This document shows, piece after piece, positions 1-9,720 of a DNA stretch of 64,000 nt. The stretch lies in assembly GCA_037308085.1 (NCBI GenBank), contig CP147779.1, positions 1,024,001 through 1,088,000 on the forward strand. Reading direction: 5' to 3'. This DNA comes from Promethearchaeati archaeon SRVP18_Atabeyarchaeia-1. GTDB lineage: Archaea; Asgardarchaeota; Atabeyarchaeia; Atabeyarchaeales; Atabeyarchaeaceae. The first letter of the stretch is position 1. Each line of letters begins with the position of its first letter. A program made the position numbers and the translations under genes. Under the pieces are notes generated by a model that saw nothing but the letters and a program-made list of their open reading frames with translations, was not told the DNA's origin and did not search any database.

Positions 1-165
1 CATTTCTCTTATCTATCTCGGCAACTCTTAGCTGAACTTCCTCTGGCATTATAGCTGACATCCTCCTGTGACACAAACAAAAAGATAAGATTGCAGTGAT
101 CTTATTTTAATGTTATTCCTTAGGCAGTGGGCTAATAAACCCTGTGAAGAGGCGGCAGAGTAAGT

Positions 166-1146
166 ATGCATTCATCCATTCGAAGAGCAGATCGCGAATT
201 CGACGGGCTGAGAAAAGAGCTAATGGAACTCAAGAGCAAGAAGAACGCCGTCATACTGGCGCACAACTATCAGAGACCTGAGGTGCAGGACGTTGCTGAC
301 TTTGTGGGTGACTCGTTGGGGTTGTCAATTAGCGCGTCGCAGACCAATTGTGACCTGATACTATTCTGTGGCGTAGATTTCATGGCGGAGACGGCCAAGA
401 TACTGAATCCAGAGAAGAAGGTCCTGATCCCAGATCAGCGCTCCAAATGCCCAATGGCAATGATGCTGGATGTCGGGACTCTGTTGAAAGCGAAGAGATC
501 ACATCCAGACGCCGACGTGATAATGTATATCAACACTCATGCAGATGTCAAGGCTGAATCTGATTGCATATGTACCTCCGCGAATGCCCCAGAGATAGTC
601 AACCACTCAAACAAGGATACAGTCTTATTCGGCCCCGACGTAAACCTCAGCTACTACGTGCAGAAGAGGACATCCAAGAAGATAATCACAGTCCCAGAAC
701 GCGGGATCTGCCCGACACACCACCAGATCTCACTGGAGGAGGTTCTACTGGCGAAGGAAGAGAACCCCGACGCGATCGTACTCGCTCACCCGGAATGTAT
801 CCCTCAAATACAAGATAGCGCAGACGTCATCGCAAGTACAGAAGGAATGATCAAATTCGTAAAGAGCTCCGACAAAATCAAGTTTATCATAGCTACAGAA
901 CTGGGTGTAATTCATCGGCTGGAAAAGGAAAGCCCCGCGAGAATCTTCATACCCGCATCAGAGTACGCCATATGCCCGAACATGAAGATGCACACAATAG
1001 AGAAAATGGTGAATGCACTCAAATCAGAGCAACCTGAGATCCTGCTGGCAAAGACGACGATGGAGAGGGCAAAAGTTCCAGTGGAGAGAATGCTGACGAT
1101 ATCAGCGGCACTTGAAGCCAACAAGCAGAGATCACAGGTGCCATAG
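166..1146 (+). CDS. nadA: Quinolinate synthase
   Basis: ILAHNYQ, GDSL, FCGVDFMAETAKILNPEK, CPMA, YINT, HPEC and CPNMK motifs with the three Fe-S cysteines. Confidence 0.97.
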   Translation: MHSSIRRADREFDGLRKELMELKSKKNAVILAHNYQRPEVQDVADFVGDSLGLSISASQTNCDLILFCGVDFMAETAKILNPEKKVLIPDQRSKCPMAMMLDVGTLLKAKRSHPDADVIMYINTHADVKAESDCICTSANAPEIVNHSNKDTVLFGPDVNLSYYVQKRTSKKIITVPERGICPTHHQISLEEVLLAKEENPDAIVLAHPECIPQIQDSADVIASTEGMIKFVKSSDKIKFIIATELGVIHRLEKESPARIFIPASEYAICPNMKMHTIEKMVNALKSEQPEILLAKTTMERAKVPVERMLTISAALEANKQRSQVP

Positions 1147-1189
1147 ATTCTTCCAAGCTAGAAGGTTTCCCAACACAATCCCGAGTTGC

Positions 1190-1221
1190 GAGCCCACAGG
1201 CTTCAGCGACGGGTAACTTAC
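1190..1221 (+). mobile_element. Possible degenerate IS200/IS605-type end remnant
   Basis: AGCCCACAGGCTTCAGCGACGGGTAACTTAC resembles the AGCCC..CTTCAG..GGGTAGTTCAC terminal hairpins of IS605/TnpB elements; stem imperfect, no transposase nearby. Confidence 0.3.
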
Positions 1222-1315
1222 TGACGCCGCGTTTTCTGTCAGAATCCCAATAGAGTTATATGCACGCCCTATTTCTATAAATCATCCGTCCTAGATCAAG
1301 GAGGAGAATAGCAGG

Positions 1316-2767
1316 TTGTCCGTTTCCGAGCACGTCAAGAAGATAGATGATGTCCGCTGGGAGATCCCAACGACATACAGAGAAGGTATGCGCGTCCCAG
1401 GGAGACTGATCATGAATGAGAAGGTCATGAAAGCCCTTGACAAGGGCGTGCTAGACCAATGCGCAAACGTGGCCACGTTGCCAGGGATCTACAGGTACTC
1501 AATAGCCCTCCCCGACAGCCACTGGGGCTATGGGTTTTGCATAGGCGGTGTCGCCGCTTTTGACATGAACAGTGGTGTGGTTAGTCCGGGGGGAGTCGGT
1601 TACGACATAAACTGTGGAGTGCGGATACTGACTACTAATCTCGATGAAAAGGATGTGCGACCAAGGATTAAGGCGCTCACGTCATCAGTCTTCGACAACG
1701 TGCCGAGCGGGGTGGGCGCCACTGGGAAAATAAGAATAGAAGCCAACAAGCTCGATGCAGTGCTCGAGGGTGGCGCAAAGTGGGCTGTTCAAAATGGGTA
1801 CGGTTGGGAGGAGGATCTTGAGAGAACAGAGGAAAAAGGGTGCATGGAAGAAGCCGATGCTGACAAGGTGAGTTCTAGGGCAAAGCAAAGAGGAGCGCCA
1901 CAGTTGGGGACTCTTGGAAGCGGGAATCACTATTTGGAGACACAAATCGTCGAAAAGATCTTCGATGAAAAGGCAGCCAAAACAATGGGTGTAACCCATA
2001 TCGGCCAGGTGACTGTCATGATCCACACTGGTTCGAGAGGATGTGGACACCAGATAGCCAGTGACTACATACGTGTGATGGAAGGGGCTGCCGTGAAGTA
2101 CAAGATATCACTTCCCGATAGGCAGTTGGCATGTGCACCAATTAACTCCAAGGAGGGTGCAGACTACCTCGCTGGCATGCGATGTGGTGCCAATTACGCT
2201 TGGGCCAATAGGGAATGCATTACTCATTGGGTTAGGGAATGTTTTCAGAAGGTGTTCGCAATCGATCCCGAAAAACTAGGGCTACATATGGTATACGATG
2301 TCGCGCATAATATCGCCAAACTAGAGAATCATGAGATTGAAGGAAAGAGTGTCAGAGTCTGTGTTCATAGAAAGGGCGCTACTCGAAGTTTCGCACCAGG
2401 GCATCCTGACATACCTTCCATGTACAGCGAAATTGGGCAGCCTGTCCTTGTGGGGGGCAGTATGGGTACGGCCAGCTACATTCTGATTGGAACCCACCTG
2501 GCTATGAAGGAAACGTTCGGATCCACAGTCCATGGTGCAGGAAGGACTATGAGTAGGGCTGGTGCGACGCGCAAGTATTCTCCTAGAGACGTTATGAGGA
2601 GATTGGAGTCCCAGGGAATAGAAGTTCAGGCGGCTTCTATTGGAGAGTTGGCTGAGGAGGCGTCTGAGTCGTATAAGAATGTGGATGATGTCGTTGACTC
2701 GGCTGACAAAGCTGGTATATCCAAGAAAGTCGTTAGGCTTCGGCCTCTATCTGTGATCAAAGGTTGA
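1316..2767 (+). CDS. rtcB: tRNA-splicing ligase RtcB (no intein)
   Basis: PDSHWGYG, GYDINCGVR, GSGNHY, HTGSRG, HNIAK, HRKGATR, HGAGR motifs. Confidence 0.97.
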   Translation: MSVSEHVKKIDDVRWEIPTTYREGMRVPGRLIMNEKVMKALDKGVLDQCANVATLPGIYRYSIALPDSHWGYGFCIGGVAAFDMNSGVVSPGGVGYDINCGVRILTTNLDEKDVRPRIKALTSSVFDNVPSGVGATGKIRIEANKLDAVLEGGAKWAVQNGYGWEEDLERTEEKGCMEEADADKVSSRAKQRGAPQLGTLGSGNHYLETQIVEKIFDEKAAKTMGVTHIGQVTVMIHTGSRGCGHQIASDYIRVMEGAAVKYKISLPDRQLACAPINSKEGADYLAGMRCGANYAWANRECITHWVRECFQKVFAIDPEKLGLHMVYDVAHNIAKLENHEIEGKSVRVCVHRKGATRSFAPGHPDIPSMYSEIGQPVLVGGSMGTASYILIGTHLAMKETFGSTVHGAGRTMSRAGATRKYSPRDVMRRLESQGIEVQAASIGELAEEASESYKNVDDVVDSADKAGISKKVVRLRPLSVIKG

Positions 2768-2863
2768 CAAAAGCTTGCGGTATACTACCTTTTTTCTGAT
2801 GATTCTCTTTGTATTCAGCGGGATGCTAATAGATCCTCCCCTTCTCCTAGGTTCCTCCTATGG

Positions 2864-3148
2864 TCATTTCTTCTTCAGAAATTCCTCTTCCAGCTCTTTA
2901 TCGAATTCTCTGTCTTCTTCTGTGAGCAGTTCGTAGCAGCGTTCTCCGCGTATCTCATCTACGTACGGGAAGCACACTCGTATTTCACCTTTGTCTTCTG
3001 CAAATGAGATTGCTTGCTTTGCTTCTTCTGGTGTTAGACCTTCTTCAATTAGCGATTGCTCCATCTTGTCTGCATTGCAGAACTTGCTTTCCTTCGTATC
3101 AGATACCTGTTTTGCTTCCGATATGAGTTGGTTTTCGCTGATGGCTAT
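2864..3148 (-). CDS. Small acidic hypothetical protein, possibly winged-helix-like; about 94 aa if started at ATA
   Basis: Track ORF 2864..3064 extends in frame to an ATA overlapping the upstream stop (TAATA), preceded by GGGGAG. Confidence 0.55.
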   Translation of the reverse strand: MAISENQLISEAKQVSDTKESKFCNADKMEQSLIEEGLTPEEAKQAISFAEDKGEIRVCFPYVDEIRGERCYELLTEEDREFDKELEEEFLKKK

Positions 3149-4686
3149 TACTCCCCTTTGCTACTTAGCATTCTCATAAGTGCTTCTTGTTTTCTTCTCT
3201 GTGGAAACCCTATCTCGTTGTAGAACATTCTACTATCCTCTGACGAATTTGTCTGTAGCACCCATCTAAAGCCGTAGCCACCTTCTCTGGTGTATATCTC
3301 CCTTGGGTACTTGTTAGTGTTTATACCGAAATCATCATGGAGCATCGTTTCTTCTGACTCCAAGAGTCGTGGACGCTCGGGCTCCAACGCTTCTCGGATA
3401 TCTCCAGGTAGGGCGCGAAACGCATTTTCCGCTTTTTCCCAGCCACTTGGAAATAGTTTTCTCTGCCATCCTTCGCTAAGTGCATCAACTCGGTTTCTCT
3501 GCTCGTCTGATAGTCTATGAGTTGGGTCTACGACTCTCGACAGTGAAACTAGCCCGAATTTAGGAGAAACTGACCCCTCATCGCCAAAGGCTTGTTTCAG
3601 CCACTCCCGTTTCATCTCCTTTGATCCTTCCCGTATGAATGTAGGTACGTCCGGGTTTTGCACAATGATTTCGCCAGTTATTGCCCCCGATCTCTGTAGT
3701 ACATGTCCTATGACTTCCGTTGATGTGCGGACTTTCGCAACCTCTTCATTGCCGTATTCTTTGTTGCTTATGTTTGCTCTGCCGAATATGTTTTCTAGTG
3801 ATTCTGCGGTTCTGTTTCTTTGTTCTGCGTCATTGTTTGCGTAGCTGAATAGTAGTCTTCCGTCTTGGAATGCAGGGAGTGTCCCATCTGAGAATCTTGC
3901 GGCGTGTATTCGTGCTCCGTCGATGTTGTCCAGTTTGAAGGGTAGATTCGGGTTCTCAATCGCTCTCTTGCCTCCCATTGCCGTGATGTGGCTGTTCGGT
4001 TCATTGAGGTGTCTGTCTATGTATGTCAGGATTGGAATCAGTTTATCAGCCCTCATACCGTCCTGTTGGCCATATAGATGGTCGGATAGGTATGAGACGT
4101 TAATGTGTGTCCCTCTCTCCTCTAATTCTCGACCGAGCACTGCCGCACCTCCTGCTTTGTTTATTGCAGCTTCAAGTAACTCGTGTCTGTAATTCTTGTC
4201 TAGGCATATTTCGGTGTGTGGTGAAAGTGCGTACCATGGTGTCTCGTAGGGTGGGATTGTCATGTTTTCTCTTGGTATATGAAGGAATTCTTCACCTTGT
4301 CTTGCTTTGTATCTGTTGAGTTCCAAATCCCCTATCTTTTCTTGTTCGACTGTTGTGATCTTGTAGTGCTGATTCTTGTGGATTATTGTAAGTCCTTCGT
4401 TCATGTCGAACTTTAGGGTTGTCTTGTCGTCTAGTCTTGCTTCGTCTTTCTCGGGTATTACTCCTTGTCTTGCGAGGAGTTCCGGGTTGCCTCCGACGAA
4501 CGCTTGTGGGTCTTCGCTTAGCTTGAGAGGAACGCGTTTCTCTTCTTCGTGGTCGGCGACGTGCCTTACGCTTGCGCCAGCTTCCTTGTCGTGGTCAAGG
4601 TCTGACCACTCGGTCGGTGCCATATGCAAGCCATCTCCATCAGAAGAGCGTTGAAGATTCACGATATTTATACCCCAAGAAACCAA
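3148..4686 (-). CDS. Free-standing two-motif LAGLIDADG endonuclease-like protein (true start probably about 4623-4629)
   Basis: IHAARFSDG and WLKQAFGDEG helices; FYNEIGFPQRRKQ tail typical of DOD endonucleases; no Hint splice motifs; paralogue of 42991..45402. Confidence 0.75.
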   Translation of the reverse strand: MVSWGINIVNLQRSSDGDGLHMAPTEWSDLDHDKEAGASVRHVADHEEEKRVPLKLSEDPQAFVGGNPELLARQGVIPEKDEARLDDKTTLKFDMNEGLTIIHKNQHYKITTVEQEKIGDLELNRYKARQGEEFLHIPRENMTIPPYETPWYALSPHTEICLDKNYRHELLEAAINKAGGAAVLGRELEERGTHINVSYLSDHLYGQQDGMRADKLIPILTYIDRHLNEPNSHITAMGGKRAIENPNLPFKLDNIDGARIHAARFSDGTLPAFQDGRLLFSYANNDAEQRNRTAESLENIFGRANISNKEYGNEEVAKVRTSTEVIGHVLQRSGAITGEIIVQNPDVPTFIREGSKEMKREWLKQAFGDEGSVSPKFGLVSLSRVVDPTHRLSDEQRNRVDALSEGWQRKLFPSGWEKAENAFRALPGDIREALEPERPRLLESEETMLHDDFGINTNKYPREIYTREGGYGFRWVLQTNSSEDSRMFYNEIGFPQRRKQEALMRMLSSKGE

Positions 4687-4873
4687 GATGACATGTGTCG
4701 TCGGGCGAAATCCACATGAGTCATCATGGATTAGGAACCTAGTGATGGAAGTCGTCAGGCGAACATTCAGCTATCTAACAGCACGGCATCAGAAGCGCGC
4801 GCCGCGCAAGAAGGAAAGACCTCACCTAGGAATAGAAGAGTCGAGGAAGAGACTAGGAGAAGACTCGGTAGAG

Positions 4874-7800
4874 TTACCCGAAAAGTGCCTCTCCCCCGAT
4901 TTTGTGCCTGTCCAGAAGTTCTTGCCTCTTGGCGGCGTTCCAGCCGGCAACACCGCCATTCTTGCCGACAGACTGGTAGTAGCCAGTGATCCTCGAGTAC
5001 CACTCCACATTCTCAGAGTTGCAGTTCGGGCAAGAATCCCTTAACCCAGGCGAAGTAATATTGCAGTTCCCACACACCGTCAAATCCTTCGTATACGCGA
5101 AGTACCCGATTTGGGTCTCAGTCGCGATCTTCCTGGTTAACCTCATGAGCGCCTCTGGATCAGGGTTCGATTCTCCGAGCCATATGTGGAACATGTTGCC
5201 ACCTGACATGAGTGCCCAGAAGGGTTGCTCGACTCTAAGCTTCTCAGAGAGGGAGATTCGGGCTGCGACGTTGGCGTGAGTGCCATTTGAGTAATATACT
5301 GGTGCATCTGCTCCGTCGCTCACGGACCTCTCTTCCCAAGCCTTGAGATCACCTTTCACGACGCTCCTGGACTCCTGCGGATGATGAATTAGATCGGCTA
5401 CCGCCATGGACTGGGAGCATGACTCTGCAGGGGTTCTTGCTATCGCCAGTAGCAGACCAGATTCCTCTTCAAGCTCTTTTCTGATCTTCTCCATTTCCAC
5501 AACAGTTCTGAGCGCGAATCTTAGTGAACCGTTGCTTTCGTGTAGTTGCTCTCCGACGTGGAATTGAACCATCTCATTGACGCCAACTAGGCCTATTATG
5601 TAGCGAAGAGTCTTCACGTCCACGAGGGGCGGTAACGCCTTGCCGTCGACCTTTGGCGTCATTGTCATGAAAGGCAGGAGGCCATTCTTGATCTGTTTGT
5701 CTAGTAGTCGCTTCTTGATCTGGAAGGTCTCTATCGACATTCTCATGCTTTTCTCGATCTCATCCCATAACCGCGTATCGTTGCCTTTGGCAATGTAAGC
5801 ATGTTGTGGCATGTTGAGGCTGACAACCTGCACAGCTCCCCAGGAGAAGTGCTTCCCGTCCGTGAAGTTCAGCTTATCCCAGAACTCGGGATCCTCAGTT
5901 GGAGAACTTGCCTGATCGTAGGAGCAACACTGATAGCAGCCTAATCTGACTCCGCCATCTTCTCCTCCACTTCTATAACCTGGTATCTTGTTCTCGAAAT
6001 ACGGGATACCGAACTTGGAGGTTAATTTTGCAGCCAGAAGATAGGACTCATCATATTCAGGGCGCATGAATTCCTTGTCGTAGACAATCTCCATCTTCGG
6101 GAAGAAGAACGGCTTCCCCCACTTATCTCCTTCCATTGCCACCTCACAAAGCGCATTGAAAAACATGTGGGTCTCATCTTCATAGTCGCCATAAACGTCA
6201 TTTAGTAGCTTCCCTCCCTTGACGACGCGTATGTCCCTGAAGATCTTCGGGACTCCAGGGGGCATCTCGATTGAGGCGAATAGCAGCTGACCACCCCGAG
6301 CAACGTAGGCTTGAGTGTGCTCAAAGAAAAGCATCTGTGCGAGTTGCTTGACTCTTTCATAAGGCAATCCTCTCATATAGGGAGCGAAAAAGAGCGTGTA
6401 GTTGTACCATCCTTGTCCACCAGCCCAGTTAGTTTGAGCGGATGCCAAGGCTTTCACCGAGTGAAGGATGGCAACCTCCGCGTGCTTTGCTGGACCCGCA
6501 ACGGAGGTTCTGGCACCCACGCCATCTGGCAGAAGGCCTCCATAAAAGAAGTACCTCAAGTCATGATTCTGGCAGTTATGGACGATAATTCCTTCCGCGT
6601 TTGAAAAGACGTGAGTATCGCTATCAACAGTCAAATCATATACAAACCCACTATAAGGCACTAGCTCCTTTCTTACTATTTTCCGTTCTTCTGCTTCATA
6701 CGGATCGTTACTGGTACGTTCAAAGTCATCGGCTTCTAAATACTCATTCCTACCATCGCCACCTATGAATCTGAATCCTTTATCACGTAATTGTCTCAAG
6801 TAATTGCGCTTTTTCGTTCCTATCAAGAACATCTTCGTCTTGCTTGCTCCTGCCAAATAGGTGTACATGCTTAATGATACGCCGAATCTTCTAAACAGGA
6901 AAACCATTTGATGTGCCAAAACTGGAGAGCTTGTATGATACGCAAAGAAATAGGTTGTGCAAACACCTTTCCGTCTGACTCCTAGTTTCTGTAGTGAACC
7001 ATCACCAGAAAACAAGCCAGACAACAAGCCAATAACGAACTCTTTGTTCGTGCTCAGTAGTATGTCGGGAATTCGCTTATTGATAGCTCCTCTACTAATA
7101 CCAAAGATGTCGTGGAAGAGGTGATAAAGTGGCTTTGATGACACCATGCACTGCGGAGTCGGAGCAGTATGAGTCGTTCTGCATGGCGCCAGATAGATTC
7201 TCTCCATATGCTTGGAAAACCTATGCAAGATGTTTGGATTTGAATTTGTTATTCCCACTCCCTTTTCTTTCACAAAGTGTCCTTCACTAACAAAGAGACC
7301 TACCACTTCTCCAAGCTCCCCTGTAAGGGGGATTATCCGCTGCAGTGTTCTACGACACTTGTAGTAAGAAAAGGTTACGTTCGTGGGAAGGTGTATTCCA
7401 AGCGTTCTGATCGTCCAAAGCGGTATAGTCTTTCTATGTTTCCAGCCATACACCGTTCCTAGAGGCAAATTCAGTTTTCGAGCTATCCCATACCAACTCG
7501 AGACATCTTCTATGTACTTATTTGCTCCTTTCACATACCACTTTCTATCATCTTTTTCAATCAGTTCAAGCAAATCGAGATTTATTATCTCAGACTGCGG
7601 GTTTATTTCTTCCATTATCGATACTTTATCTCCAATCTCTATCAGTTCTGCCGCAACAACCCCCTTCCCTATGACAGGGATTGGATGATCCGGAGTCACT
7701 TTTATTGCATATCCTCCTCTACACCTCAACCGTATCAAGTTGCCATTGAAACTATGTCTATAAACTTTTGTTATTGGCTTGAAGCCTTCCGGAGTCGTGA

Positions 7801-8518
7801 TGCAGACTCTTTCCTTTGGAACGAAAATCTCCCAATTGTCCTTCTCTGATTCTAATGAACATCTATCAACAAGGTTCTCAATTGGACTGACATGCACAAC
7901 GTCACTATTTGTAAATGCTATCATTTCATCTGCCGCAATGCAGAAGGGTCTCGTCGCAAAGTACTCCAAATCGTGAATGTGGATCCTCTTCTTCATGTGG
8001 GCGTCAGCCAGGTAGGGAGGGATGACAGCAAGCAGGTTAGCCTCCTTCGCAGTCCTGTCAGCGACTTTCTTATGAAGAGTCTCTGGGTTGGGCTGGCTGT
8101 TGGCATTCTCCCGCGCCTCAAACCCTCTTCCTTCCATTATCTTTATGTAGTCATAAACCGGCATACCCACTCTCGTGTAGAAATTCCTGTAAATAGCATA
8201 CCTGGGCTCCCGAGTCGCCTTCATGAGCATTTCAGCGCAAATCAGTTCCCTGATAAGTGGACCACTAACAAATGGTAAGCGCTTGATGTGCTTGTACACC
8301 CGGTTAGCTAGTTCTTCCGATTCCTCCCTCTTCAGGGGAGTCAAGTCCGGGTAATGCTCAGTCGCTAGGGCCGTCTCCTTTAGTAAGCTGTCAATAATCT
8401 TCTGTTTATCGAAGAACTCGATTATGCCTCTGTTTGTCCTGACAAGAGGTCTACCGCGCTTGCTGAGCTGAACGCTTTCAACCCAACTTGCAACATAGGG
8501 GTCATTCATCACATCCAT
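4874..8518 (-). CDS. nrdD: Anaerobic (class III) ribonucleoside-triphosphate reductase with intein
   Basis: N-terminal ATP-cone-like region, HIHDLEY, TPAES, CxxC..CxxC zinc site, YSRITGYY glycyl-radical loop. Confidence 0.95.
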   Translation of the reverse strand: MDVMNDPYVASWVESVQLSKRGRPLVRTNRGIIEFFDKQKIIDSLLKETALATEHYPDLTPLKREESEELANRVYKHIKRLPFVSGPLIRELICAEMLMKATREPRYAIYRNFYTRVGMPVYDYIKIMEGRGFEARENANSQPNPETLHKKVADRTAKEANLLAVIPPYLADAHMKKRIHIHDLEYFATRPFCIAADEMIAFTNSDVVHVSPIENLVDRCSLESEKDNWEIFVPKERVCITTPEGFKPITKVYRHSFNGNLIRLRCRGGYAIKVTPDHPIPVIGKGVVAAELIEIGDKVSIMEEINPQSEIINLDLLELIEKDDRKWYVKGANKYIEDVSSWYGIARKLNLPLGTVYGWKHRKTIPLWTIRTLGIHLPTNVTFSYYKCRRTLQRIIPLTGELGEVVGLFVSEGHFVKEKGVGITNSNPNILHRFSKHMERIYLAPCRTTHTAPTPQCMVSSKPLYHLFHDIFGISRGAINKRIPDILLSTNKEFVIGLLSGLFSGDGSLQKLGVRRKGVCTTYFFAYHTSSPVLAHQMVFLFRRFGVSLSMYTYLAGASKTKMFLIGTKKRNYLRQLRDKGFRFIGGDGRNEYLEADDFERTSNDPYEAEERKIVRKELVPYSGFVYDLTVDSDTHVFSNAEGIIVHNCQNHDLRYFFYGGLLPDGVGARTSVAGPAKHAEVAILHSVKALASAQTNWAGGQGWYNYTLFFAPYMRGLPYERVKQLAQMLFFEHTQAYVARGGQLLFASIEMPPGVPKIFRDIRVVKGGKLLNDVYGDYEDETHMFFNALCEVAMEGDKWGKPFFFPKMEIVYDKEFMRPEYDESYLLAAKLTSKFGIPYFENKIPGYRSGGEDGGVRLGCYQCCSYDQASSPTEDPEFWDKLNFTDGKHFSWGAVQVVSLNMPQHAYIAKGNDTRLWDEIEKSMRMSIETFQIKKRLLDKQIKNGLLPFMTMTPKVDGKALPPLVDVKTLRYIIGLVGVNEMVQFHVGEQLHESNGSLRFALRTVVEMEKIRKELEEESGLLLAIARTPAESCSQSMAVADLIHHPQESRSVVKGDLKAWEERSVSDGADAPVYYSNGTHANVAARISLSEKLRVEQPFWALMSGGNMFHIWLGESNPDPEALMRLTRKIATETQIGYFAYTKDLTVCGNCNITSPGLRDSCPNCNSENVEWYSRITGYYQSVGKNGGVAGWNAAKRQELLDRHKIGGEALFG
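6575..7942 (-). mobile_element. 456-aa intein with LAGLIDADG homing endonuclease and HTH insert
   Basis: RPF|CIAADE...VTPDHP...VYDLTV...IIVHN|C junctions; GLFVSEG and GLFSGDG motifs; more AT-rich than the exteins. Confidence 0.93.
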
Positions 8519-8552
8519 GTCATGCTATCCTCCTCGCGTCATAATATGAAAA

Positions 8553-8819
8553 CTACTTTCCGACAAACCTCGTGATCTGCTCCTTCCTAAGGCTATTACC
8601 TGAGTCAAAGATTTCATTCGCTCTTAGCACATCGTTTCCTTTTACGAGCGCTGGAACGGAATATATATTCAGCATCAAAGCGTCCACTTTGTTGTCCGCA
8701 TCGTCTATACTGGACTCAACGTACTTCACGTCGATGGAATTCAGGTAACTCTTCAATGCTCTGCAACTTGGGCAATTTGTCTCCACAAACATCTTCACAG
8801 ATCTTTCTTTGCTCGCCAA
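8553..8819 (-). CDS. Glutaredoxin/NrdH-like redoxin
   Basis: CPSC and SVP motifs, 88 aa, directly upstream of nrdD. Confidence 0.85.
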   Translation of the reverse strand: MASKERSVKMFVETNCPSCRALKSYLNSIDVKYVESSIDDADNKVDALMLNIYSVPALVKGNDVLRANEIFDSGNSLRKEQITRFVGK

Positions 8820-9176
8820 GAGTTGCCTCGCCGTCCACTATCAGTGAATCAACATCCCTGTTCAGGCGGATTCACCCTGGTTGTGCGTTGATACCCTCTA
8901 CTTGGGTGAATTCCTTGGAAGATACCTCTCCCTCGGGTCCCAGAAGACATTTCCTATATTCAGCGCCATGGTTATATAAAATTTTCTTGAGTAAATCATC
9001 AACAAAAGCACGGCATCCAAAGCGGAAATTGACACCGAAGTGTCAAGGTAATACTACAGGCTTACCGGCACTTCATGGACTGCAATGACCTGTTCTCCAG
9101 ACGGCTGCCAAATCAAAAAGAGAGAAAACACAAAAGAAGTATGGAGACGCTGGGACGTCAGATTATCGCTTGACAC

Positions 9177-9311
9177 CTACTCCTCTGATTCCTCTTCTTC
9201 CTCATCCTCGAGGTCCTCGTCTTCATCCTCGTCTTCCAAGTCTTCGTCTTCCTCGTCTTCATCCTCGTCTTCTTCGTCCTCGAATTCTTCGTCTTCTTCT
9301 TTCATCTCCAA
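9177..9311 (-). CDS. 44-aa poly-acidic peptide (not in the ORF track)
   Basis: AGGAGG-N5-TTG then MEMKEEDEEFEDEEDEDEDEEDEDLEDEDEDEDLEDEEEEESEE-TAG; mixed GAA/GAG/GAC/GAT codons. Confidence 0.65.
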   Translation of the reverse strand: MEMKEEDEEFEDEEDEDEDEEDEDLEDEDEDEDLEDEEEEESEE

Positions 9312-9720
9312 GTGATCCTCCTATCATGCTTATCGTCTATCTGAGGGTGGAAGAGATCTTTTGTTAAGGCAGCTAAGAGTTGTCAACCATGAATTAGATA
9401 TTTTTGTTGCCTCAGTAAATGAGGAATAGGTGAGCTTATGAGGGCGTTTTGAGGATATTTGGATTAGAAAATTAAATTCTGGACCTTGTTGCACTCTTTT
9501 CACCACTTTTGAGCCGAATGGAGGTGGGAATTTTCTTCAATTGCCATTATCTTTGTGCACATGATAGTCGCATACGGAAATCTTCGAATCGATGGTGGCA
9601 ATCTCCAGATCAAGGCTATGCTAACCGGTTCGAAGCTCGGCAAACTACTTATATGCAAGAAATGAGGTTAATAGCGGCAATCAGTTCGCCTTGCAGGAAC
9701 CATCGCCTGGGAGTACCCAG

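Noticed and set aside
3148-4686. LAGLIDADG genes as inteins or intron ORFs
   Set aside because: No Cys/Ser start, TxxH or HN splice motifs, and no interrupted host gene or rRNA.
9085-9367. Poly-Ser and Pro/Arg ORFs on the + strand
   Set aside because: Antisense shadows of the acidic peptide, which has the ribosome-binding site.
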